From: Bacteroidia bacterium
GTDB taxonomy: Bacteria; Bacteroidota; Bacteroidia; UBA4408
Assembly: GCA_044238735.1 (NCBI GenBank)
Contig: JBIICS010000004.1
Location: forward strand, 1 to 45,858
Reading direction: 5' to 3'
Length of the DNA: 45,858 nucleotides
How positions within the stretch are numbered: the first letter of the stretch is position 1; each line of letters starts with the position of its first letter. The notes below the pieces were generated by a model. That model did no database searches. It worked only from the letters and a program-made list of their open reading frames with translations, and was not told the origin of the DNA. Positions 28,307-36,472 of the stretch are shown here, in pieces. Both the position numbers and the translations under genes were made by a program.

Positions 28307-28726
28307 ATGAAGCCTTTAGAAATAAAGATTAAGGAAGAAAACCAAAAAAGGTTTATTCAATGCTTAATTCGCAAAAAATGGCTGGTGTTAAGTCCGGAAG
28401 AATGGGTAAGACAACATTTTGTTTTACATTTAATTAACGATTTAAACTATTCTATCATTCAATTAGGAATTGAAGTAAGCTTGAAATATAACCAGATAAA
28501 TAAAAGAGCCGATTTGGTAGTTTACAATAAACAAGGGAATGCCAGCTGGGTTATAGAATGTAAGGAACAATCTGTTAATTTAACAAACGAAGTTTTACAT
28601 CAGGCATTGATCTATAATAGTGTTTTAGATGTAAAGTATGTAAGCATAACAAATGGAATTTTAGTTTTTACCTGGGAGAAAACCGATCATGAGTTTAAGC
28701 TTTTAGAGAAATGGCCCGAAGTTTAG
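28307..28726 (+). CDS. Stand-alone HsdR N-terminal-like PD-(D/E)xK domain protein
   Basis: IRKKWLVLSPEEWVRQ, RADLVVY, IECK, ITNG. Confidence 0.88.
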   Translation: MKPLEIKIKEENQKRFIQCLIRKKWLVLSPEEWVRQHFVLHLINDLNYSIIQLGIEVSLKYNQINKRADLVVYNKQGNASWVIECKEQSVNLTNEVLHQALIYNSVLDVKYVSITNGILVFTWEKTDHEFKLLEKWPEV

Positions 28727-28802
28727 TATTAAAAATTTCTTTAATGTAGTTTAAAAAGGATAATCATTTCTTAACCTAAACCGAATATTAAACCAAAAAA
28801 GG

Positions 28803-28851
28803 CTTCGATTCCTCAGCCTGACAACATCTCTGTTATTCGGAAGAATCGAAG
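28803..28851. repeat. Degenerate REP-like inverted repeat
   Basis: CTTCGATTC...GAATCGAAG arms with inner TGACA/TGTTA pairing, between convergent genes. Confidence 0.5.
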
Positions 28852-28860
28852 GATAATAAA

Positions 28861-30381
28861 TTAAACCAATGAAACTCCGTCCATTTCCATTGGCTGTTTA
28901 ATATCCATTAGCTTTAAAATGGTTGGAGCCAAATCGGCTAGCTTTCCATTTCTAACATCCTTAACATCCTTATCTATAATTATACATGGAACCGGATTTA
29001 AACTATGCGCCGTATTGGGAGAACCATCTTCATTTAAAGCATAATCGGCATTGCCATGATCGGCCGTAATAATAAAAGAATAATCTTGCTTTAAGCCGGC
29101 TTCAACAACCTGCTTTAAACAAATATCTACTGTTTCAATAGCCTTTACAATAGCACTATAAACACCTGTATGGCCAACCATATCGGGATTAGCAAAATTT
29201 AAACATATAAAATCAGTGTTGCCTTTTTCTAACTCAACACCAATTTTAGCAGCAATCTCGGGCGCGCTCATTTCGGGTTGCAAATCGTATGTAGCTACTT
29301 TAGGAGAATTAACCAAAATTCGAGACTCCCCTTTATATTCCTGCTCTCGTCCTCCACTAAAGAAGAACGTTACATGTGGATACTTTTCTGTTTCGGCTAT
29401 TCTAATTTGTGTTTTACCTGCATCAGACAAAACTTCTCCAAGCGTTAACTTTAAATTATCTTTTTCAAAAATTACCTGTACATTTTTAAAAGAGCTGTCG
29501 TAATTGGTCATGGTTACATAATGCAAAGCTATTGTATTCATACCATGCTCCTGCATGTTTAATTGAGTAAGCACCTGCGTAATTTCTCTGCAACGGTCTG
29601 TCCTAAAGTTAAAACAAACAACTGCATCGCCTTCTTTTATGGTTGCTATTGGATTATCGTCTTGATCGCTGATACATATAGGTTTAATAAACTCATCGGT
29701 TACTCCATTTAAATAGGATTCGTTAACCGCTTTAACCGGATTAACAAACTTTTCTCCTGTTCCATTTACCAATAAATCGTATGCAATTTTAACCCTTTCC
29801 CAGCGCTTATCACGATCCATCGCATAATAACGACCAATGATGGTTGCTATTTTTGCATTTGTATTTTTTAAATGTTGATCTAATTTTTCTATGAAACTTA
29901 AGCCGCTTTTTGGATCACAATCTCTTCCATCGGTAAAAGCATGAACAAATATTTTATTTAATCCATAATCGGTTGCAATCTCACATAATCGATGCAAGTG
30001 CTCCTGAGATGAATGCACTCCGCCATCCGAAACAAGCCCCATAAAATGCAAGGACTTACCATTCTCCTTAGCATATTTCAGAGCTTTTAACAAAACCTCA
30101 TTACTATCCAACGTTTTTTCCCTAATGGCTTTATTTATCCTAACCAGTTCCTGGTAAACGACTCTGCCGGCACCTATGTTTAAATGTCCAACTTCCGAGT
30201 TTCCCATTTGTCCATCGGGTAATCCCACATGCTCGCCACAAGTAAGTAATTGTCCATTTGGATAGTGTTTTATTAAATAATCAAAATATGGTTTTTTTGC
30301 ATTTGCAATGGCATCCGATTTATCGCCTTTACCTTTACCCCACCCGTCCAAAATAATTAATGCTACTTTTTTACTGCTCAT
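28861..30381 (-). CDS. gpmI: 2,3-bisphosphoglycerate-independent phosphoglycerate mutase
   Basis: LIILDGWG, GQMGNSEVGH, GRYYAMDRD, ETEKYPHVTFF, NPDMVGHTG, TADHGN. Confidence 0.98.
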   Translation of the reverse strand: MSSKKVALIILDGWGKGKGDKSDAIANAKKPYFDYLIKHYPNGQLLTCGEHVGLPDGQMGNSEVGHLNIGAGRVVYQELVRINKAIREKTLDSNEVLLKALKYAKENGKSLHFMGLVSDGGVHSSQEHLHRLCEIATDYGLNKIFVHAFTDGRDCDPKSGLSFIEKLDQHLKNTNAKIATIIGRYYAMDRDKRWERVKIAYDLLVNGTGEKFVNPVKAVNESYLNGVTDEFIKPICISDQDDNPIATIKEGDAVVCFNFRTDRCREITQVLTQLNMQEHGMNTIALHYVTMTNYDSSFKNVQVIFEKDNLKLTLGEVLSDAGKTQIRIAETEKYPHVTFFFSGGREQEYKGESRILVNSPKVATYDLQPEMSAPEIAAKIGVELEKGNTDFICLNFANPDMVGHTGVYSAIVKAIETVDICLKQVVEAGLKQDYSFIITADHGNADYALNEDGSPNTAHSLNPVPCIIIDKDVKDVRNGKLADLAPTILKLMDIKQPMEMDGVSLV

Positions 30382-30397
30382 ATGTTTAACTTTACTG

Positions 30398-30405
30398 CAA
30401 ATTTA
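30398..30405 (-). promoter_or_regulatory. Bacteroidota -7 element for gpmI
   Basis: TAAATTTG on the minus strand, 16 nt before the ATG. Confidence 0.55.
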
Positions 30406-30569
30406 CACTTTTAAGCATACCACATTCTCTCTTTTAAACACAAGTGATTCAACAAAAAGGGCGTTTGGTATACTATTTAAAATCATTCATAAATTATTCT
30501 TGTTTTAACCTCCTCTTAATCATACCTTAATGTTGTTAAATTACTTTTGATTATTAAATATTAAATAAA

Positions 30570-30773
30570 ATGAGTTTAAAAGAAACAATTATTGAGCTAA
30601 AAAGCGGTAAAAGAATATACGGAATGCTTGTGGACCGTGGAGTTGAAAATACAGAAATCCTGGAATACATCTGTAATAACAAAATTAAAAGTACCGAAAA
30701 CACATCCATAGAACAATTAATCGAACAATTACCTCTATCGGAAGTTAAATCAGTAGATCTCGACTTAAAATAA
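30570..30773 (+). CDS. Small protein (67 aa), possible Sm/LSm-like beta-barrel
   Basis: A-rich leader, ATG start, own terminator; IIELKSGKRIYGMLVD and LPLSEVKSVD segments. Confidence 0.7.
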   Translation: MSLKETIIELKSGKRIYGMLVDRGVENTEILEYICNNKIKSTENTSIEQLIEQLPLSEVKSVDLDLK

Positions 30774-30794
30774 TATCCTTTTAACTTGCCTATC

Positions 30795-30819
30795 AAATCC
30801 CCGAAAGGGGATTTTTTTT
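30795..30819 (+). terminator. Intrinsic terminator
   Basis: AAATCCCC-GAAA-GGGGATTT followed by a T tract. Confidence 0.92.
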
Positions 30820-30979
30820 GCTATTAACCCCTATAAAATCGGTAGATAATTTTTTTCAACTACGTAAACAATACCCTTAATTAATAAGGAAAAAACTACT
30901 AAAATGTTGGAAAATATTATGGACATTCTTTTTAAAATTTTATACTTTCGCTGAAATTTATTATAAAATAGTACCAAAT

Positions 30980-31840
30980 ATGATTAAAAATCTTACCGTT
31001 TGTTTATTGGCCTTTTCCGTGCTAATTTTCTCTTGCAAAGAAAATTCAGAAACTAAATCACCTGAATCAAAAGATACGGTTTCAGCCAAGACTGATACTA
31101 CTTCTACTAATATCAACGATAAAGAGAAGGAGTTTAAGTTCCTTCAGTTAGTAGCCTCTCTTCCATCCCCTGCATTCCATGTTTTGGAATTTAAATCATC
31201 CGGTATTAAACTAAATGAATCGCTTTGCAATTCCCCCTCAAATGCCGATAATTACGCTACCCCATTTAAACAATCTGCCAACTATGGTGTCTATTTGGCC
31301 GATCTGGCGTATCTAGCAGCTTATAAAAACGAAAAAGGCATTAAAGCTTACATAGAAGTTTCTGGTAAGATGGCTGATGCAACCGGTGTAAAAGGGAAAT
31401 TTGATGATGTAGTTAATAACAGACATTTTATAGATCATATAAATAACCCTGACTCTTTGGAGGTAATAATTGAAAATATCTACAAAGCTACCGACGATTT
31501 TTTAATTAGTGACAAACATCTGGATCTAGCCTCTGAGGTATTTATCGGAAGTTGGATTGAAAACAATTTCATTACTCTGGCCAGTTTAAAGGGCCAAAAG
31601 CAAAACGAAAAAAACAAAGCGCTGTTTAATAAAGTTTATGAACAAAAACTTCATATAGCTAATATTTTAACTCTATTAAAAGAATTCGAAAACCATCCTG
31701 AGTTATCTAATTTTTATAAACAGTTTGAAGATTTAACTAATTTATATCAGGGAGTGTCTTCTGTAGAGAACGTAAACGAGGCCTTTTTAACTAAATTAAA
31801 CGAAAAAATTAAAACCATGCGTGAAAGCATTATAGCGTAA
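30980..31840 (+). CDS. Helical lipoprotein, unknown function
   Basis: Lipobox IFSC; LPSP, NYGVYLADLAY and GSWIE motifs. Confidence 0.8.
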   Translation: MIKNLTVCLLAFSVLIFSCKENSETKSPESKDTVSAKTDTTSTNINDKEKEFKFLQLVASLPSPAFHVLEFKSSGIKLNESLCNSPSNADNYATPFKQSANYGVYLADLAYLAAYKNEKGIKAYIEVSGKMADATGVKGKFDDVVNNRHFIDHINNPDSLEVIIENIYKATDDFLISDKHLDLASEVFIGSWIENNFITLASLKGQKQNEKNKALFNKVYEQKLHIANILTLLKEFENHPELSNFYKQFEDLTNLYQGVSSVENVNEAFLTKLNEKIKTMRESIIA

Positions 31841-31889
31841 AAATTTTTAATAATTCTGAATAATAATAAATATCCAAATAACATAATCG

Positions 31890-32951
31890 ATGAAACTAAA
31901 ATTTATTACCTCCATCCTACTTTTTTCCGGTTTATCCTTAAATATTACCAAAGCTGCAGTTTTAACTGTAAGCAATAATACGGCATTACCGGGAAGTCCG
32001 GGTCAGTATTCAACCATTTCGTCTGCCTTAACAGCAGCAAGTAATGGGGATACTATTTTAATTCAGCCTTCTCCGTTACCTTACAACGAGAGTTTAAACA
32101 TTACCAAAAGCCTTACCCTTATTGGTGCCGGGTATAACCCGCAAAATAATAACAATTATTTTAGTAAGATTAATGGAAGCATTTCCTTTAAAGATGGTTC
32201 CAGCAACTGCAAATTAATTGGTTTGTGGGTATCATCAAGCATTGGGTTTAGCAATCAATTTGCTAATGTATCCGAGTTTCTTTTTTCGCGTTGTTATTTT
32301 GAATCAAGTATTAATTTATTCAATGGGGGACCAGCTACAAGTAATCAGGCTAGCGGTTTTACGGTAGAAAATTGTTATGTAGCAGGGGCAATATGGTATG
32401 CTTACAGTTCGATTACAGTTAGAAATTGTATTTTAGGAAGTAGGATACAAGACGCTACTAATACAAGTACTACAACCCTTTATATTCGTAATAATTTATT
32501 TTTAAACTCATCCACCCCTCTTTATTATGTTCAAAATTCTGTTTTCGAAAATAATATTTTTTGGGGCTTAACCACTTTAGACCCTAATCTTGTAAAGAAT
32601 AATACGTTTAATAATAACTACGTTTACGGTTCTTTTAACTTGCCTTTTGCTACCAATGTAGGTTCAGGAAACATTACCGATCAGGTTTCACCCTATAACG
32701 GAAATCCTTCTCCATTTTCCGTTTCATTTAACTATCGTCCGTTACCTGGTTCGGCTATTGCTAATGCCGGAACAGATAGCAAAGATATTGGACCTACCGG
32801 TGGAGCATTTCCTATTTACTTGTATCCAGCACCGTATCCATTAACTGGGGAGCCCAATATCCCTCAAATTCAAACCATCAATATGCCGGTTTCTTCAGCA
32901 CCGCAAGGTGGAAACATTAATGTTACGGTTAAAGCTCGTAATCGTAAATAA
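31890..32951 (+). CDS. Secreted right-handed parallel beta-helix protein without a T9SS CTD
   Basis: Signal peptide; YSTISSALTAASNGDTILI cap, Asn-rich coils (RNNLF, ENNIF, NNNYV), SAIANAGTDSKDIGPTGG closure, Ig-strand-like tail. Confidence 0.85.
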   Translation: MKLKFITSILLFSGLSLNITKAAVLTVSNNTALPGSPGQYSTISSALTAASNGDTILIQPSPLPYNESLNITKSLTLIGAGYNPQNNNNYFSKINGSISFKDGSSNCKLIGLWVSSSIGFSNQFANVSEFLFSRCYFESSINLFNGGPATSNQASGFTVENCYVAGAIWYAYSSITVRNCILGSRIQDATNTSTTTLYIRNNLFLNSSTPLYYVQNSVFENNIFWGLTTLDPNLVKNNTFNNNYVYGSFNLPFATNVGSGNITDQVSPYNGNPSPFSVSFNYRPLPGSAIANAGTDSKDIGPTGGAFPIYLYPAPYPLTGEPNIPQIQTINMPVSSAPQGGNINVTVKARNRK

Positions 32952-33029
32952 TAAGTTAAGATTATAGATCGGTTTTTTAAAAATACCTTTTATCGAACTA
33001 TAATTAAAAACTTAACTAAAAAAATCAAA

Positions 33030-35828
33030 ATGAAACGATTATTGCTACTTCAAATTCTTTTTTGCATGTGCTTTTATAAGTTATATGCACAGGATTCGGT
33101 TATCCAAGGGGAATATTACATTGATACTGACCCGGGTATGGGTAATGGCACCAACTTAAACTATAGCGCACAAGGGGATTCAGCTAGTTCAACGCTTAAT
33201 TTTTCAACTACTGGCTTAACAGCAGGTTTTCATAAAATATATTTTCGCTATAAAAACAATTTAGGCAACTGGGGTCCCAGTGGCGAACAGTTATTTTTTG
33301 TAATTGATACAAATTTTCAGTCCGCAAGCAACACAGCTCCTCTCCTAAAATCGGGAGAATACTATTTTGATGTTGATCCCGGTTTTGAAAACGGAACTCC
33401 TTTTCAAGTTAATCCGCTTGATAGTATAACTGTAAATCTCAATTTACTAACACAAAATTTAGCTGTAGGTTTTCATAAAGCCTATTTTAGAGTTAAGGAT
33501 CAACTGGGTGTATACAGTACCAGTGGGGAGAAATTATTTTATATATATGACACCACTAAAACGAATACACAAGCAAATTTGCCCAAAATTATAGCCATGG
33601 AATATTTCTTCGATCAGTTAGATCCCGGAGCAGGAAATGCAAGTCCTTTTTCGGTATTTAGCGCTAACGACAGTGTAAATATTCCACAATTAATTCAGGT
33701 CATAGATCCTCTTTTCCTAGATCCATTACCTGTTGGCGTTCATGTATTAAACGTTAGAGCTAAAGATCAAAGTGGCAATTGGGGTATGACTTACTCTGTG
33801 GCTTTTACCGTTTGCGATCAACCCGCCACTGCAAATTTTACATACCAGGTTAGTGGAACCACCGTAACATTTACAAATACATCTACACAAGATTATGGAA
33901 CTAAGTGGATTTTTGGCGATGGTAATGTTGCCACCAGCAGAAATGCCACCCATAATTATGGCTTAGGCGGCCAAATAAGAGTGGGTTTAATTTCTTACAG
34001 TGGTTGTGGTAACGATACTGCCTGGCAAATTATAACTTTAAATTGCGTTAGCCCTGTAGCTAGTTTTACCAAAAGTGTAAGCGACTTAAGGGTGAGTTTT
34101 ACCGCACCCTTTTATTTGGGCGCAACCTACTCATGGACTTTTGGCAACGGAAAATCAAGTACGTTACAAAACCCGGTTGCCGTGTTTCAAAACACCGGAA
34201 CCTTTAACGTTTGCCTTACTATAACGACTTCTTGCGGTTCCAGTGTTTATTGTGAAAACGTTAGTGTTAGTTGTGCTCCACCAGTTTCTTCTTTTACTAC
34301 TGATGTTAATGGATATACCGTTAACCTAACCAACAACTCTACCAATGCTTTCCAGTTTATTTGGCAATTTGGTGATGCTACCACTAACAACATCGATTTT
34401 AATGCGGTTAAGCAATACGCATCTTCAGGTACTTACAACATTAAACTAATTGTACAGAATGGCTGTGGGACTAATCAAACGACTAAAAGCGTAACCATTA
34501 ATTGCTCCTCCCCCACATCCAACTTCGAATTTATCACCTCAGGTTTGCAAACCGAAGTAAGTAATGCCTCTGTAAATGGCACTTCATGGTTATGGAATTT
34601 TGGTGATGGCACAACCAGCCCATTTAAAAATCCCTCCATTCATACATTTCCTAACACAGGCACCTATAATGTATGTCTTAAGACCACTAATAACTGTGGA
34701 GCAGATAGTATTTGTAAAGAAGTATATGTGTGTACAGGTCCAACAGCTAATTTTTCTTATACATTGGCCGGTTTAAGTATTAATCTTACCGATTTAAGTT
34801 TAAATTCCGAAAACACCTTCTGGACATTAGGAGATGGCAACGGAACAAACCTCTTAAATCCAACTTACACCTATAATTCATATGGAAATTATAACGTTTG
34901 TGTTGAAGCCAGCAATTCTTGTGGATCCAATAAATTATGTAAAAACATAAGCACAACCTGTAGCGAACAAAGTAGCCAGGAAGTTTGTCAGGCTACCGTA
35001 GAAGGTTTACTGGCAAAACGTTATGAGATTTATTGGGAAAAACCACAAACCACTTCGATAGATAGTTTTGTAGTTTATCGAAAAATTACCTCTACACAAT
35101 ATCAACGCATAGGAGCAATCGGATACAACCTGCCTTCTTTTTTTACTGATCTTCAGATCTTGGCGGGTACACAGGCTCAATCCTATAAAGTTTCTCTTAA
35201 AGATACCTGCGGTATTGAAAGTCCGCTTAGCAACGTAGAACACACTACCGTTCATGTAGTAGTTGATTTTACAGCATCAAACGAACCTCGTTTAACGTTT
35301 AATGAATATCAAGGCAGAGCAGTTTCTTATTACAGAATTTTAAGAAGTACAATTGGAATACCCGGATTAGACAGTATAGGTGCGGTTGCCGGCGGTGTTC
35401 TGCCAACCTACCAATACGTTGATTTAACTGCGCCTTCTGCTGATAGCGTTTGGTATAGAGTGGAAACTATATGGCAAGATGGTGGAGATTGTAATCCAGA
35501 TAGGGCTCGTATTGCAACTTCACGCTCTAATATTAAGAATGTAAATACTCGTTTAACTAAGCTAAACCAGCAACAAATGGAGAAGTTAGTTAACGTTTAC
35601 CCTAACCCGGCAAACAACACTCTAAACATTAGTATGGAATACAACATGCGCGAAAAAGTAACGCTTCGCCTTTTTGATATGCAGGGCAAAATGTTAATGG
35701 AGCAGAAGGAAGAAGCCAGAGGCTATTTCCAAACACAACTTAACCTTAGCGATTTAAGTATTGGCGCTTATCAGCTTCAGATACAAACCGAAGGTGGATT
35801 TATAAACAAAAAAATAATAAAGCAGTAA
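33030..35828 (+). CDS. T9SS type A cargo: 3 EY(Y/F)xDxDPG modules, 5 PKD domains, FN3-like region, CTD
   Basis: PKD cores WIFGDG, WTFGNG, WQFGDA, WNFGDG, WTLGDG; CTD VYPNPA...GAYQLQI...KKIIKQ. Confidence 0.92.
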   Translation: MKRLLLLQILFCMCFYKLYAQDSVIQGEYYIDTDPGMGNGTNLNYSAQGDSASSTLNFSTTGLTAGFHKIYFRYKNNLGNWGPSGEQLFFVIDTNFQSASNTAPLLKSGEYYFDVDPGFENGTPFQVNPLDSITVNLNLLTQNLAVGFHKAYFRVKDQLGVYSTSGEKLFYIYDTTKTNTQANLPKIIAMEYFFDQLDPGAGNASPFSVFSANDSVNIPQLIQVIDPLFLDPLPVGVHVLNVRAKDQSGNWGMTYSVAFTVCDQPATANFTYQVSGTTVTFTNTSTQDYGTKWIFGDGNVATSRNATHNYGLGGQIRVGLISYSGCGNDTAWQIITLNCVSPVASFTKSVSDLRVSFTAPFYLGATYSWTFGNGKSSTLQNPVAVFQNTGTFNVCLTITTSCGSSVYCENVSVSCAPPVSSFTTDVNGYTVNLTNNSTNAFQFIWQFGDATTNNIDFNAVKQYASSGTYNIKLIVQNGCGTNQTTKSVTINCSSPTSNFEFITSGLQTEVSNASVNGTSWLWNFGDGTTSPFKNPSIHTFPNTGTYNVCLKTTNNCGADSICKEVYVCTGPTANFSYTLAGLSINLTDLSLNSENTFWTLGDGNGTNLLNPTYTYNSYGNYNVCVEASNSCGSNKLCKNISTTCSEQSSQEVCQATVEGLLAKRYEIYWEKPQTTSIDSFVVYRKITSTQYQRIGAIGYNLPSFFTDLQILAGTQAQSYKVSLKDTCGIESPLSNVEHTTVHVVVDFTASNEPRLTFNEYQGRAVSYYRILRSTIGIPGLDSIGAVAGGVLPTYQYVDLTAPSADSVWYRVETIWQDGGDCNPDRARIATSRSNIKNVNTRLTKLNQQQMEKLVNVYPNPANNTLNISMEYNMREKVTLRLFDMQGKMLMEQKEEARGYFQTQLNLSDLSIGAYQLQIQTEGGFINKKIIKQ

Positions 35829-36388
35829 TGAAAGCAAATTTTATTATAAAACTATCAGTTTCGGTTTTTGTTGCTGCACTAATAAACTCATGTTCTTCAA
35901 ATGCCGTTAAGGACAATGGAAATAAAACCGATAATCAAAACATCCAACTTCTTGCCGGAGTTAGCAGCTTTAATAACAATTGTTGTTCAAGCGACACTAG
36001 CTCATGCTGCACACTTGATCTTTTAAAAGAATTTGTAGAACAAGTTAAGCAAGGAAAACTAAAAGTATACGCTACTCCCGATGACACAATTCCAATGTCA
36101 ACAGAGGATGTTAACCGCTATTTAGGTCCTCCTCCGGCTGACACCTTGTTAGTTGAAGACCCAGAAAACCCAAGTAAAATGGTAATGAAAGTAATTGAAC
36201 ATAAGGCTTTAGACTTGTCAAGCGGTGATGCCAGCTTTTATTTTATTGAAGACTGGAAAGTAAATAAAGAGTCTTTTAGAATTGAAAAAGTTATTAAAGC
36301 AGTTGGATTAGGCGAAACCAAATATTCAGAAGAAGGAACCCCAAAAGGAGTTAGGGTTTATTTTTATTACAAGTACCCTAATTCTTAA
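35828..36388 (+). CDS. GldN/PorN-like lipoprotein (short)
   Basis: Lipobox INSC; VKQGKLKVY, PMSTEDV, FIEDWKVNKE, KVIKAVG resemble the GldN core; TAATG coupling to the cargo gene. Confidence 0.6.
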   Translation: MKANFIIKLSVSVFVAALINSCSSNAVKDNGNKTDNQNIQLLAGVSSFNNNCCSSDTSSCCTLDLLKEFVEQVKQGKLKVYATPDDTIPMSTEDVNRYLGPPPADTLLVEDPENPSKMVMKVIEHKALDLSSGDASFYFIEDWKVNKESFRIEKVIKAVGLGETKYSEEGTPKGVRVYFYYKYPNS

Positions 36389-36432
36389 TTATTGTTTTAA
36401 ACAAATCCAATTCTACAATACAGATAACTGTC

Positions 36433-36460
36433 AAAAGCGGCTTTAAAAGCCGCTTTTTTT
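36433..36460 (+). terminator. Intrinsic terminator closing the beta-helix/PKD/GldN-like operon
   Basis: AAAAGCGGCTTT-A-AAAGCCGCTTTT followed by further T. Confidence 0.9.
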
Positions 36461-36472
36461 GTTTAAATTTAC

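Noticed and set aside
26045-28726. EVE plus HsdR_N nuclease as a modification-dependent restriction system
   Set aside because: They are separated by holA and amn and divergently oriented; no hsdM/hsdS; the stand-alone HsdR_N gene is a usual holA neighbour in this phylum.
30554-30796. 80-aa minus-strand ORF as an antisense toxin-antitoxin partner
   Set aside because: It fully overlaps the plus-strand gene that has the ATG, A-rich leader and terminator; it starts with TTG inside that terminator region.
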